This document shows, piece by piece, positions 38,386-48,621 of a stretch of 64,000 nucleotides of DNA. Positions within the stretch are counted from its first letter, which is position 1, and the number at the start of each line of letters is the position of its first letter. The translations under genes were made by a program, and so were the position numbers. Origin of the DNA: an uncultured Acidobacteriota bacterium (GTDB taxonomy: Bacteria; Actinomycetota; Acidimicrobiia; Spongiisociales; ZC4RG35); contig CAWHEU010000018.1 in NCBI GenBank assembly GCA_963828465.1, forward strand, positions 192,001 through 256,000. Reading direction: 5' to 3'. The notes under the pieces are model-generated. The model saw only the letters and a list, made by a program, of their open reading frames with translations, ran no database searches and was not told the origin of the DNA.

Positions 38386-39312
38386 TCAGGTCGGCACCGG
38401 AGCGGTCTTCAGCAGGCGGCGCACCTGCGCGACGTCGTCCCTGATCGCCGCGACGAGGGCATCGGCGTTCTCGAATTGGAGCTCGGGGCGAAGCCTTTCG
38501 ACGAATTCGAGGGTCAGAACCGATCCGTAGATCTCCCTATCGAAATCGATGATGTGCGCCTCGATGAGCAGCTCGGTGCCCCCGAAAGTGGGCCTGACCC
38601 CGACGTTCACCGCTGCGGGCAGGATCTCCCGGCCGAAGCGAGCCCAAGCCGCATAGATACCGTTCCCCGGGATCACCTTTCGTTCCGGCGGTCTGAGGTT
38701 GGCGGTGGGGAACCCGAGGCCTTTCCCCCTCTGGTCACCAGGGGACACCACGTTGGAGAGCCGGTAGAGGTTGCCGAGAAGGTCGGCCGCGTCCGACACG
38801 TCTCCGTCCTCGATCAGTCGACGGATCCGGGTCGATGAGATGACGCCGTTGGACTCGACCAGGCCGACCACCTCGACCTCGAACCCATGACGGGATCCCG
38901 CCGCGATCAGGAATTCGCAGTCACCGGCTCGATCACGGCCGAACTGGAAATCGGCACCGACCACCAGATAGCTGACTTCGAGCTTGTCCACCAGCACCTT
39001 GGAGACGAACTCCTCCGGCTCGAGATGACGGATCTCCGACAGGTCGAGCACGCCGACGGTGTCGACGCCGAGACCGGCGAGCAAGGCGATTCGCTCGTCG
39101 ATGCTGGTGATCAGACGCGGATGGGTCCCAGGTGAGAGCACTTCGGCCGGATGCGGGTCGAAGGTGAGCACCGTCGAGGGACGAGAGTTGGCCACCAGCC
39201 GGTCGAGGATCACACGGTGCCCGATATGAACCCCGTCGAACACACCCACGGTGACCGCGTTTGGCGGAGTCTGCGCCTCCCAGCGCTCCAAGGGGCCTCG
39301 AAGGATCTTCAC
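38386..39312 (-). CDS. ribF: Bifunctional riboflavin kinase/FAD synthetase
   Basis: GVFDGVHIGH, TFDPHP, ISSTRIR, LGFPTAN, NVGVRPTF; GTG start at 39312 overlaps the truB stop. Confidence 0.95.
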   Translation of the reverse strand: MKILRGPLERWEAQTPPNAVTVGVFDGVHIGHRVILDRLVANSRPSTVLTFDPHPAEVLSPGTHPRLITSIDERIALLAGLGVDTVGVLDLSEIRHLEPEEFVSKVLVDKLEVSYLVVGADFQFGRDRAGDCEFLIAAGSRHGFEVEVVGLVESNGVISSTRIRRLIEDGDVSDAADLLGNLYRLSNVVSPGDQRGKGLGFPTANLRPPERKVIPGNGIYAAWARFGREILPAAVNVGVRPTFGGTELLIEAHIIDFDREIYGSVLTLEFVERLRPELQFENADALVAAIRDDVAQVRRLLKTAPVPT

Positions 39313-40187
39313 GAGGCGAGGACCACCTCGGGTCTCGCCTGGTCTCCATCTCGCCGGTACACGGCGATCAGGTCGCCTGCCTGGTCGAGCACGCGGATTA
39401 TCGAGTGGTCGGGGGCGGCAACCATCTCGCCACCAACAAACTGCATGCCGTGACACACCCCGCGGGCCGTCTCCTCGCTGACGGTCACGGCAGGTAGATC
39501 GCCGAGAGCCTCCGCAGGCGTGAGGAAATGAGCCTCCCATTCGCCCAGTTCACCGATCTCGACACCGTGTGTCTCCACGCCGAGAGATCCGGTACGGGTG
39601 CGGCGGAGAGCGGTGAGATGGGCCGACCCTCCGAGCGCCGCGGCCAGATCGTCGGCCAACGAGCGCACGTAGGTCCCCTTGCCGCACACAACACGGAACT
39701 CAACCTCCGGGTACGGGCCGGCGCCCACGGCCCCGATCTCCAACTCGTGGATCTCCACCGGCCGTGCCTCCCGTTCCACCACCACGCCCTGACGGGCTAA
39801 TTCGTAGAGACGCCGGCCCTGGTGCTTGAGGGCGGAGACCATCGGCGGCACCTGGAGCACCGTGCCGACGAAACGGCTGGCCACGGCTTCCAGTTCCTTC
39901 TCGGAGAACTCCATCGGCTCACGATTGAGAACTGCTCCATCCGAATCCAGGGTGTCTGTCGAAACCCCGAATTGGGCGGTCGCCAGGTATTCCTTGGGCT
40001 GTTCCTGGATGAATCGGATGAGTCTGGTCACCGGCCCGACCGCGACCACGACGACGCCGGTAGCAAGTGGATCGAGGGTGCCGGCATGACCCACCTTCTT
40101 GATCCCCGTGGCGCGCTTGACGCGGCTGACGACATCGTTTGATGTCATCCCCCCCGGCTTGTCGACCACGAGAAAACCCCGGGTCAT
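39309..40187 (-). CDS. truB: tRNA pseudouridine(55) synthase
   Basis: DKPGGMTS, GHAGTLDPLATG, PPMVSALK, GKGTYVRSLA. Confidence 0.97.
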   Translation of the reverse strand: MTRGFLVVDKPGGMTSNDVVSRVKRATGIKKVGHAGTLDPLATGVVVVAVGPVTRLIRFIQEQPKEYLATAQFGVSTDTLDSDGAVLNREPMEFSEKELEAVASRFVGTVLQVPPMVSALKHQGRRLYELARQGVVVEREARPVEIHELEIGAVGAGPYPEVEFRVVCGKGTYVRSLADDLAAALGGSAHLTALRRTRTGSLGVETHGVEIGELGEWEAHFLTPAEALGDLPAVTVSEETARGVCHGMQFVGGEMVAAPDHSIIRVLDQAGDLIAVYRRDGDQARPEVVLAS

Positions 40188-41155
40188 CTGTGGGCCTCGA
40201 GCCTTTTGCGCACCTCGTCGATTGCCTTCTCCGGGTCTCCGTCAAAGGTGAACCCCGAGGCGAGGCGGTGCCCGCCACCGCCGAGCTCGGCTGCGAGGGC
40301 ACCCACGTCGGTGGCACCCCGGGAGCGCAGGCTCACCTTCACATGACTGTCTTCGTTGACTTTTGCCAGCACCGCCACGTCGGCCTCCTCGGCCAGTCTC
40401 AGGGTGTTCAGCAGGTTGTCGATGTCGCCCCAATCCACACCTGCTTCGTCGAGGTCCTGGTGGGTGATGATGGTGGAGACCATCCCCTGATCGGTATCGA
40501 GTACGGCTCGGGCCAGGGCGGCGCCGGCCGCCTTCAGATACCCGAAAGGCGCTTCCTCGTAGACCTTCTGACTGATCTGCTCGGGTCGCGCCCCGGCCGC
40601 GACCAGTCGCGCAGCGACCTCCAACGTAGGGGCGGTTGTGTTGGCGTACTGGAAGCGCCCGGTGTCGGTGACCACCGCGGTGAGGAGACAGGTGGCGATC
40701 TCGGGGGTGATGGGCCATCCCAGGGCGTCGAGCAGGTCGACGACGATCACTCCGGTCGCAGCGGCGTCGGGGTCGACGAGTGGGATGTCGCCGAAGCCCT
40801 CATTGGTGACATGGTGGTCCACCACCACCAGGGTCCCTGCATTCGCTGCCGGACCGCCCAACTCGGCGAGGCGGTCGGGTGACCCGGCATCGAAGACGAC
40901 CATTGTCTCGGGATTCTTGGGGAATTCACCTGGTTCCACCAACATGTCCGTGGGGAGGAATGACAGGTTGGCGGGGACGACGAATGGCGACCCGAACCCT
41001 GCCGCCACTGCCTTCCCGGCGGCGCGGGCCGCGGTCCCGAATCCGAGCATCGAGCCGAGGGCGTCTCCATCGGGGCCGACATGACATGCCAGCGCCAACT
41101 CCTCGCTGGCGGCAATCGTCGCGGCTGCCTTTTCGATGAGCTGTCGTTCGATCAT
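40184..41155 (-). CDS. nrnA: DHH-family oligoribonuclease/pAp phosphatase
   Basis: HVGPDGDALGS, DHH, TDTGRF, GGGGHRLASG; start reassigned to ATG 41155. Confidence 0.9.
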   Translation of the reverse strand: MIERQLIEKAAATIAASEELALACHVGPDGDALGSMLGFGTAARAAGKAVAAGFGSPFVVPANLSFLPTDMLVEPGEFPKNPETMVVFDAGSPDRLAELGGPAANAGTLVVVDHHVTNEGFGDIPLVDPDAAATGVIVVDLLDALGWPITPEIATCLLTAVVTDTGRFQYANTTAPTLEVAARLVAAGARPEQISQKVYEEAPFGYLKAAGAALARAVLDTDQGMVSTIITHQDLDEAGVDWGDIDNLLNTLRLAEEADVAVLAKVNEDSHVKVSLRSRGATDVGALAAELGGGGHRLASGFTFDGDPEKAIDEVRKRLEAHR

Positions 41156-41162
41156 CCGGGTC

Positions 41163-41507
41163 TCATTCCTCTTCCTGCAGGGAACGCAGGATGGCATCGA
41201 TTCTCTCGCCGCCGCTCACACCGGGGTCGACCGCAAACTCCAGGACCGGCGTGTACTTCATCCGGACCTGACGAGCTATGACCGCTTGGAGACGGTGTGA
41301 GGCGTGATCGAGGGCTGTGAGGGCGTCGGCGGGATCGGCACCGAGGAGGTCGATATAGACCACGGCATGACGAAGATTGGGACTGGTCTCGACACTTGTG
41401 ATGGACACCATCTCGAGGCGGGAATCGCTCATTCTCTCGATCTCTTCTGCAAGGACTTCGCGGAGGGTGGAGTTGACCTTCAGCATTCGGGGGCTGGCAT
41501 CTCTCAT
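41163..41507 (-). CDS. rbfA: Ribosome-binding factor A
   Basis: SPNLRHAVVY, RMKYTPVLEFAVD; conserved position after infB. Confidence 0.93.
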   Translation of the reverse strand: MRDASPRMLKVNSTLREVLAEEIERMSDSRLEMVSITSVETSPNLRHAVVYIDLLGADPADALTALDHASHRLQAVIARQVRMKYTPVLEFAVDPGVSGGERIDAILRSLQEEE

Positions 41508-41797
41508 TCGGGCTCCTCCAACTCGCTCATGCGCACGTCGAGGACTTCGACCTCCAGTTGCCCATCAAGGTAGCGGCGCAACTTGGAGATCTGCATGGCG
41601 AGGCTCTCGCCGTCCGGGGCGACGATGGCGACTCCGATTGCCGCCCGCTGCCACTTGTCGTGGAAGCCGACTTCGGCGACGCTGTAGGAGCCGATGCGCC
41701 GCAGACCCTCGATGACCGGCCGGAGCACGGCTCTCTTCTCTTTGAGCGACTGTGAGGCGGGCAGGTGTAGCTCGACCCTCAAGGCCGCGGCCCGCAT
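41504..41797 (-). CDS. DUF503 (YlxP) protein
   Basis: SQSLKEKRAVLRP, SVAEVG..DKWQRAAIGVA. Confidence 0.88.
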   Translation of the reverse strand: MRAAALRVELHLPASQSLKEKRAVLRPVIEGLRRIGSYSVAEVGFHDKWQRAAIGVAIVAPDGESLAMQISKLRRYLDGQLEVEVLDVRMSELEEPE

Positions 41798-41810
41798 CAG
41801 GCGGCGTTTA

Positions 41811-43805
41811 TCAAGTTCGGGCCACCTCACGAATCAGGTAGGCCTCGATGTTGTCGCCTTCCTTGATGTCGTTGTAGTTCTCCAGCCCGATTCCGCACTC
41901 GAACCCGGAGGCCACTTCGCGCACGTCGTCCTTGAATCGCTTCAGCGATGAGATGACGCCGTCGTGGATGACCACCCCGTCACGGATGAGCCGGGCGCGA
42001 GCCCCGCGCTGGACGACACCCTCGATGACATAGCACCCGGCCACGGACCCGATCCGGGGTACCTTGAAAACGGCCCTGACCTCGGCGGTGCCCAATACCT
42101 GCTCGTGTTCCTCGGGGGCCAACTGACCGACGAGCAACTGCTCGACCTCGTCGAGCAGCTCGTAGATGATCCCGTAGGTACGGATCTCGACCCCGGCTTC
42201 CTCGGCTGCCTTGCGGGCCTTTGGCTCGGGGCGGACGTTGAAGCCGACGATCACTGAGTCGGTCACTTCGGCGAGTGTCACGTCGTTCTCGTTGATCCCG
42301 CCGACTGCACCGTGCAGCACCTGGATCTTGCCGCCCTCTCGCCCGATCTTCGAGATCGATTCCCGCAGGGCCTCGAGTGACCCATGCGCATCGGCCTTGA
42401 TGATGACGTTCAGAGTGGCGTCCTCGGTGCGCAGCTGGTCGAGCAGTGTCTGGAGTCGGTCGCGGGCCGAGGGCATGGCCTGGCTGACCGACCTGAGCAC
42501 CTCCTCGCGCTCGGAGGCGATGCGGCGCGCCTCCTTGTCGCTCTCGACAACTGTGAAGAAGTCGCCGGCGGTCGGGATCTCGTCCCAACCCATGATCTGG
42601 ACCGGTGTCGACGGACCTGCTTCTTTGACCTGATTTCCATTCTCATCCATCAGGGCGCGAGCGCGCCCCGAAACCGCTCCTGCCACAAACGGGTCACCAG
42701 TCCTCAATGTGCCCCGCTGGATGATGACAGAGGCGACAGCGCCCTTGCCTCGCTCGAGCTGGGCCTCGACGACGACACCGGACGCCTCGGCTTTCGGGTT
42801 CGCCTTGAACTCCTCGAGCTGAGCTATGAGGTCCACTACCTCCAGCAACTCGTCGACGCCGTCACCATTGATCGCGGAGACCTCCAAGCTGGGGACATCT
42901 CCGCCGAGCTCTTCGGTGAGGACGTCGTGCTCGGTAAGTTCGGTCCGCACACGGAGCGGGTCGGCTCCGGGAAGATCGACCTTGTTGACGGCCACGATCA
43001 TCTTCACCTCTGCCGCCTTGGCGTGTGAGATGGCTTCGATCGTCTGGGGCATGACGCCGTCATTGGCAGCCACCACGAGGATCACGATGTCGGTGATGTT
43101 CGCTCCACGTGCCCGCAGGGAGGTGAATGCCTCGTGACCCGGCGTGTCGATGAATGTGATGGGATGTCCGTTGACATCGACCTGGTAGGCGCCGATGTGT
43201 TGGGTGATCCCACCCAGCTCTCCTTCGACCACGCTGGTCTTGCGGATCGAGTCGAGAAGTGTGGTTTTTCCGTGGTCCACATGCCCCATCACGGTCACAA
43301 CAGGCGGGCGAGGGGCGAGCTCCGATTCTGAATCTTCGAAAACCGGACGCTCGGCGACCGCCGGGGGAGGCGGTGGCGCTTCGATGTCGACGATGAACCC
43401 GAACGACTCGGCCACACCCTCGATCAACTCCGGGGGCATCGTCTGGCCCGCTCCAACCGCCTGGCCAAGGGTCATGAGCTGGGCAACCACGTCCTTGGCC
43501 GGAACCCTAAGTGCGTCTGCGAACTCGGTCACTGAGGCGCCGGACGGGACGGACACGATGTCGAGCTCGGCCTCGGGCTCCGGGGCCGGCTCGGCAGCGA
43601 CCTCTTCCTCGGCTTCTGACTCTGCCTCGGGTTCTACCTCGACCACCTCTGGCTCATCGCCGGCGACGGCGAGACGCAAGAGTTCCGCCGACTCGTCATC
43701 GAGCCCGGATGAGGCGGTCTTCACTTCGATCCCCAGCTCATGGGCCTGCGCGAGCAACTCTTTCGAATCGATCCCCAGGTCCTTGGCCAGCTCGTAAACC
43801 CTCAC
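41811..43805 (-). CDS. infB: Translation initiation factor IF-2
   Basis: [47 protein letters not shown]. Confidence 0.98.
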   Translation of the reverse strand: MRVYELAKDLGIDSKELLAQAHELGIEVKTASSGLDDESAELLRLAVAGDEPEVVEVEPEAESEAEEEVAAEPAPEPEAELDIVSVPSGASVTEFADALRVPAKDVVAQLMTLGQAVGAGQTMPPELIEGVAESFGFIVDIEAPPPPPAVAERPVFEDSESELAPRPPVVTVMGHVDHGKTTLLDSIRKTSVVEGELGGITQHIGAYQVDVNGHPITFIDTPGHEAFTSLRARGANITDIVILVVAANDGVMPQTIEAISHAKAAEVKMIVAVNKVDLPGADPLRVRTELTEHDVLTEELGGDVPSLEVSAINGDGVDELLEVVDLIAQLEEFKANPKAEASGVVVEAQLERGKGAVASVIIQRGTLRTGDPFVAGAVSGRARALMDENGNQVKEAGPSTPVQIMGWDEIPTAGDFFTVVESDKEARRIASEREEVLRSVSQAMPSARDRLQTLLDQLRTEDATLNVIIKADAHGSLEALRESISKIGREGGKIQVLHGAVGGINENDVTLAEVTDSVIVGFNVRPEPKARKAAEEAGVEIRTYGIIYELLDEVEQLLVGQLAPEEHEQVLGTAEVRAVFKVPRIGSVAGCYVIEGVVQRGARARLIRDGVVIHDGVISSLKRFKDDVREVASGFECGIGLENYNDIKEGDNIEAYLIREVART

Positions 43806-43817
43806 GTCTAGAAACCC

Positions 43818-45008
43818 CTATTCGCTCTCGTCATCCGTGGCGTCGGTGACTGCATCCTCGGCCGTCGGGGCGTCCTCGTCGTCGGATGCGGGCACGTCGG
43901 TCTCGACTGCTTCCTCGACCGACACCTCGTCGGTGGAAGCCTCATCCGTGGTGACGGCCTCGGCCGGAGCGGCATCATCGGCCGGAGCGGCTTCTTCGGA
44001 CGGGGCGGCTTCCGGCACCGCCTCCTCGACCTCGACACCTTCCATGTCGGATCGGATGTCCACCTTGTAGCCGGAGAGCCGGGCAGCAAGCCGGGCATTC
44101 TGACCCTCCTTGCCGATCGCCAGGGAGAGCTGGTGCTCGGAAACGACCACGTCGGCGGTCTTGGTCTCTTCGTCGATATGGACTTCCTTGACCTTGGCCG
44201 GGCCCAGTGCCTCGGCGATGAACTGGCCAATGTCGTCACGCCACTGGACCACGTCTACCTTCTCGCCCCGCAGCTCGTTGACGACCTGGCGGACCCGGGA
44301 TCCTCTGGCGCCCACGCAGGCCCCCTTGGGATCCACATTGGGATCGTGTGAGATCACGGCGATCTTGGTGCGGTGGCCAGGCTCGCGGGCGATGTTGACG
44401 ATCTCGACCGTGCCATCGGTCAGCTCCGGCACCTCGAGCTCGAGCAGGCGTCGCACCAGGTCAGGGTGGCTGCGGGAGACCACGATCTGGGCGCCCTTGG
44501 CCTCGTTGCGCACCTCCAGGATGAGAGCCTTCACCCGGTTGCCACGCTCCAGACGCTCGAACGGAATCCGCTCGGAGCCGGGGAGGATCGCCTCGGCGTC
44601 GCCGAGATCGAGGATCACGGACCGGTAATCCACCTGCTGGACCAACCCGGTCACGAGGTCGCCCTCACGACCTTCGTACATCTCGAACACGTGCTCGCGC
44701 TTTGCCTCACGCAGCTTGTGCTGCATCACCTGCTTGAAGGACTGCGCGGCGATGCGGCCAAAGGCCTCCCCCTCGGGGGTGTCTTCCCACTCCTTCACGA
44801 CGTTGCCGTCCTCGTCCAATTCCTGGGCGTACACGATGACTTCACCGGAATCGGGGTCGATGGTGACCCTGGCCTCCTCCGCCGCTCCCGGGCTCCGCTT
44901 GTACGCGGCGACAAGGGCGTTGGCGAACGCGTCGAGGATGGTGTCGATGGCCACTCCCCGTTCCCGGGCGAGTACCTCGATTGCCTCCATCATCGTGTCG
45001 AGCTTCAT
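43818..45008 (-). CDS. nusA: Transcription termination/antitermination factor NusA
   Basis: FGRIAAQ, AREPGHRTKIAV, GACVG, LSLAIGKEGQNARLAA; acidic C-terminal tail. Confidence 0.97.
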   Translation of the reverse strand: MKLDTMMEAIEVLARERGVAIDTILDAFANALVAAYKRSPGAAEEARVTIDPDSGEVIVYAQELDEDGNVVKEWEDTPEGEAFGRIAAQSFKQVMQHKLREAKREHVFEMYEGREGDLVTGLVQQVDYRSVILDLGDAEAILPGSERIPFERLERGNRVKALILEVRNEAKGAQIVVSRSHPDLVRRLLELEVPELTDGTVEIVNIAREPGHRTKIAVISHDPNVDPKGACVGARGSRVRQVVNELRGEKVDVVQWRDDIGQFIAEALGPAKVKEVHIDEETKTADVVVSEHQLSLAIGKEGQNARLAARLSGYKVDIRSDMEGVEVEEAVPEAAPSEEAAPADDAAPAEAVTTDEASTDEVSVEEAVETDVPASDDEDAPTAEDAVTDATDDESE

Positions 45009-45017
45009 GATTCTCCT

Positions 45018-45489
45018 TCAGTGGCCCGGCTTAGGCGCCTTTTCCCACCTGAACACCGTCTTGGCGGTGAGCACGTCTTCGTAGTCGACTACCCGGCGCT
45101 CTTCATCGCTCTCCACCGTGAACGCCGAGTCACCGGCGTCGGCCAGGACTCCTCTGATGGTCGCCTTCTGGTCGCCATCGGCGATCTTGACCACGACCTC
45201 ACGACCAACCGACTTGGTGTAGTGCGACGGGCGACGAAGAGCTCTCTCCAGACCCGGCGAAGTCACCTCGAGCCGGTACGCCTCGACCAGTGCGGTTTCG
45301 TTGTCGAGCAAACCGCGACAGGCCACGCGAGACATCGGCGAGACGATCGATGTTGACGTCCTCGCCGTCGACAACGACACGGAGGAGTGTTCCCGGCCCG
45401 CGGCCGAGCAACTCGACATCGTCGAGCTCGAGCCTCTCGGCGGCGAGATAGGGCTCCACCACCGTCCAAATCTCTGCAGCAGTCGTCAA
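45018..45489 (-). CDS. rimP: Ribosome maturation factor RimP (one extra base in the A-run 45310-45312)
   Basis: TTG start after AGGAG; ELDDVEL..LLRVVVD..SR|LLD..YRLEVTSPGLER.L; 156 aa when joined. Confidence 0.9.
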
Positions 45490-45538
45490 AATGCCTGCTC
45501 CTGGCGCCGTCCTGCCATCGCAATGACAGTTATCGCGC

Positions 45539-45573
45539 AAAAAATACAGGCGGGTGCCAAAGGCGCCCACCTG
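45539..45573 (-). terminator. rimP-leader terminator-like hairpin (attenuator of the rimP-nusA-infB operon)
   Basis: Minus strand CAGGTGGGCGCC-TTT-GGCACCCGCCTG-TATTTTTT, downstream of a TATAAT -10 at 45601-45606. Confidence 0.7.
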
Positions 45574-45640
45574 GTTCAAAGCGTCCTGTTGTCCAGTCGC
45601 ATTATAAGCCCACCCCGGGACTCTTGCGGCGGGGTCCGGG

Positions 45641-47359
45641 TCAGGTCCCGTGACGCTGGGCGACGACCAGCTCCGCCAGCTTTTCCCCCACGTCGGCAAT
45701 CGCCACCTCTTCCATGCTCAAATCCCGACGGGCGGTCATCTCGAAAATGCCCTGTTCTACACCGCGGGGTCCGACAGTCACCCTGTATGGGATGCCGATC
45801 AGCTCGGCGTCGGCGAACTTGACGCCCGGCCGCTCCTCACGATCGTCCAGGAGGACCTCGACACCGGCTGACCCCAGTTCCGTGTAGAGCCTCTCGGCGG
45901 CATCGAGGGTGGGTTGATCATCGGCCCTCACCACGGTGATAACCGCCTCGTAGGGCGCCACTGAGACGGGCCAGATGATCCCCTTATCGTCGTGGAAGGT
46001 CTCCACGACTGCCGCCATGCCCCGTTCCACACCAATGCCATAGGAGCCCATGATGATCGGGTGGCTGTCACCCTTCTCGTCCTGGACATACACGCCGAAG
46101 GTCTCGGAGTACTTGGTCCCCAGCTTGAAGATGTGACCGACCTCGATCCCCTTCCAGAGCTCGAGTTCGCCGCCGCACAACGGGCAGGGCTCCCCCGAAT
46201 GCACCTCCCTGACATCGGCCCATTGGCTCACCTCGATGTCGCGGCCGACATCGACGCCGGAGTGATGCCAGTCGTCCTCGTTTGCGCCCGTGACCAGGTT
46301 GAACCGGCCCCGGAGCGCCTCATCGGCGATGATCCTCGGACCCTTGACACCGACGGCGCCCAGACTCCCGGGGTCCGCCCCGAGCAGCGGCCTGATCTCT
46401 TCAGGAGTGGCGGCGCGGGCTTCGACGGCGGCCGTCGCATCGAGAAGCTTCTGCTCCTGGAGATCGTGGTCACCGCGGAGCAGCACCAGCACCTGCTCGC
46501 CGTCCAGGACATAGACCAGGGTCTTGATCTGACGCTCAGGCGTTGCGACGTCGGGATGAGCCTCGGCCAGGGCCTTGATCGTCCGCAATCCGGGTGTCGG
46601 GAAGCGGTCCAAGTCAGCCGAATCACCATCGTCCACTTCCGCCACCGCGGAGATCGCCCTCTCCACATTGGCCCGGTAGTCACAATTGGAACAGGTGACG
46701 ATCCAGTCCTCTCCGGCATCGCTGCGCACCATGAACTCGACCGATTCCGAGCCACCCATTGCACCTGAGGAGGCCTCGACACCGAGGGCGTCGAGGCCCA
46801 TGCGGGCGAAGATGCGCTGGTAGGCCCCACGGTGCTTCTCGAAGCCGGCATCGAGCCCGGCACGATCGATGTCGAGGGTGTACGCGTCCTTCATGGTGAA
46901 CTCGCGGACACGGAGGAGACCGGACTTGGGGCGTGCCTCGTCCCGGAACTTGGTGTGCATCTGGTACCAGATCTGGGGCATGTCGCGATACGAGGAGAGC
47001 TCCATGGCAGTGATGGCGAAGATCTCCTCCTCTGTCATCCCCAGGACGAGATCAGCCCCCTTGCGATCGACGAGCTTGTACAGGTTTTCACCCATCAACT
47101 CGTAGCGGCCCGACTTCCGCCAGATCTCGGCGGGATGGAGCGTCGGCGGCATCATCTCCTGCCCGCCAATGGCGTTCATCTCCTCGCGGATGATGTTGGC
47201 CACTTTGAGCCGGACCCGTTGGCCGAGAGGGAGGATGGTGTAGGAGCCCGCCGCCAGCTGTCGGATGAAACCGCCCCGCACGAGGAGCACATGGCTCACG
47301 GCTTCGGCGTCCGCCGGGGCATCACGGAGAGTCGGGATGAAGGCTTCGGACCAGCGCAT
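45641..47359 (-). CDS. proS: Proline--tRNA ligase (bacterial type with editing domain)
   Basis: PTLRDAPADAE..SH, KFRDEARP, GIEVGHIFKLGTKYS, MGSYGIG; start at ATG 47359 or TTG 47371. Confidence 0.97.
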   Translation of the reverse strand: MRWSEAFIPTLRDAPADAEAVSHVLLVRGGFIRQLAAGSYTILPLGQRVRLKVANIIREEMNAIGGQEMMPPTLHPAEIWRKSGRYELMGENLYKLVDRKGADLVLGMTEEEIFAITAMELSSYRDMPQIWYQMHTKFRDEARPKSGLLRVREFTMKDAYTLDIDRAGLDAGFEKHRGAYQRIFARMGLDALGVEASSGAMGGSESVEFMVRSDAGEDWIVTCSNCDYRANVERAISAVAEVDDGDSADLDRFPTPGLRTIKALAEAHPDVATPERQIKTLVYVLDGEQVLVLLRGDHDLQEQKLLDATAAVEARAATPEEIRPLLGADPGSLGAVGVKGPRIIADEALRGRFNLVTGANEDDWHHSGVDVGRDIEVSQWADVREVHSGEPCPLCGGELELWKGIEVGHIFKLGTKYSETFGVYVQDEKGDSHPIIMGSYGIGVERGMAAVVETFHDDKGIIWPVSVAPYEAVITVVRADDQPTLDAAERLYTELGSAGVEVLLDDREERPGVKFADAELIGIPYRVTVGPRGVEQGIFEMTARRDLSMEEVAIADVGEKLAELVVAQRHGT

Positions 47360-47407
47360 TTGTTCAGTCAACTATCAGGTTTCGGAGCAGGCGACGGTAG
47401 TAACCAG

Positions 47408-48616
47408 TCAATCGGACTTGGCGACTTCGGCGACCTTGGCCCGACGGTCCTGGGAGCGATTGACATCGCCCTGGATCTGGATCAACTCCTCGCGGGCAGC
47501 GGCGGCCAGTTCGGCGGCGTTCGCCTCGGCGTGAGCAAGTCTGCTCTCCACGCCCTCCTCTACCAATTTCCGGGCTTCGTCGAGAAGTGCCTCGACCATC
47601 TCGGACTCGGGCACGACCCTCACCACCTGGCCTTTTATGAACAAATGGCCCCTCCCCCGGCCGGCGGCGATACCGATGTCAGCCTCCCGTGCCTCTCCCG
47701 GGCCGTTGACGACACAGCCCATGACGGCGACCTGGATCGGGAGGTTTTCCGCCTCCAGGGCGGTCTGCGCCCGGGTGGCCACATCGATGACATCGACCTC
47801 TGCTCGTCCGCAGGAGGGGCAGGCGATGAGGTCGAGGCCCTTCCGCTCGCGAAGACCGAGGTTCTCCAGAAGCTGGCGACCGGCCTTTGCCTCCTCGACC
47901 GGGTCGGCGGTGAGGGAGAAGCGAATGGTGTCACCGATCCCTTCGTTGAGCAGGGTGGCGATCCCGGCAACCGATTTGATGAGCCCGGCTGGAGGTGGTC
48001 CTGCCTCTGTCACCCCGAGGTGGAGCGGGTAATCGACTGTCTCTGAGAGGAGCCGGTAGGACTCGATCATCGACGGCACATTGGAGTGCTTGACCGAGAT
48101 CTTGATGTCTTCGAAGTCGACATCCTGGAGATAGCGGATCTCGAGGAGGGCGGAGTCGACCAAAGCCTGAGGGACCGGGCTTCCGTATTTCTCGAGGAGA
48201 TCCTTGTCCAACGAGCCGGCGTTGACCCCGACACGGATCGGCACTCCGCGGTCCTTGGCCTCGCGGGCAACAGACTTGATCTGGTCTTCCTTGCGGATGT
48301 TGCCGGGGTTGAGCCGGAGCCCCTGGACGCCCGCCTCGAGTGCGGCCAGGGCGAGCCGGTACTGGTAATGGATGTCGGCAATGATCGGGACCGGCGATCT
48401 GGGGACGATCTCGGCCAGACCCTGTGCCGCCTCCACCTCATTGCAGGTGATGCGAACGATGTCGGCGCCGGCCCCCGCCAGCGCATACACCTGGGCCAGG
48501 GTGCCGTCCACGTCGGCGGTCTTGGTGGTCGTCATCGACTGGACCGAGATGGGCGCATCGCCCCCCACGGCGACGTTTCCGACTTGGAGTTGCCGGGTCC
48601 TGTGGCGGGTGATCAT
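47408..48616 (-). CDS. ispG: HMBPP synthase (MEP pathway)
   Basis: SVQSMTTT, RLNPGNI, PLHLGVTEAG, CPSCGR, MGCVVNGPGE. Confidence 0.97.
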   Translation of the reverse strand: MITRHRTRQLQVGNVAVGGDAPISVQSMTTTKTADVDGTLAQVYALAGAGADIVRITCNEVEAAQGLAEIVPRSPVPIIADIHYQYRLALAALEAGVQGLRLNPGNIRKEDQIKSVAREAKDRGVPIRVGVNAGSLDKDLLEKYGSPVPQALVDSALLEIRYLQDVDFEDIKISVKHSNVPSMIESYRLLSETVDYPLHLGVTEAGPPPAGLIKSVAGIATLLNEGIGDTIRFSLTADPVEEAKAGRQLLENLGLRERKGLDLIACPSCGRAEVDVIDVATRAQTALEAENLPIQVAVMGCVVNGPGEAREADIGIAAGRGRGHLFIKGQVVRVVPESEMVEALLDEARKLVEEGVESRLAHAEANAAELAAAAREELIQIQGDVNRSQDRRAKVAEVAKSD

Positions 48617-48621
48617 CCCGA

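Noticed and set aside
38386-39540. Over-extended starts in the ORF track (ribF, MBL hydrolase 4097, M15 peptidase 3346, tsf 54254, hisF 13953, PPOX 22016)
   Set aside because: The extensions overlap neighbouring genes and lack homology; downstream starts have overlap, RBS or -10 support.
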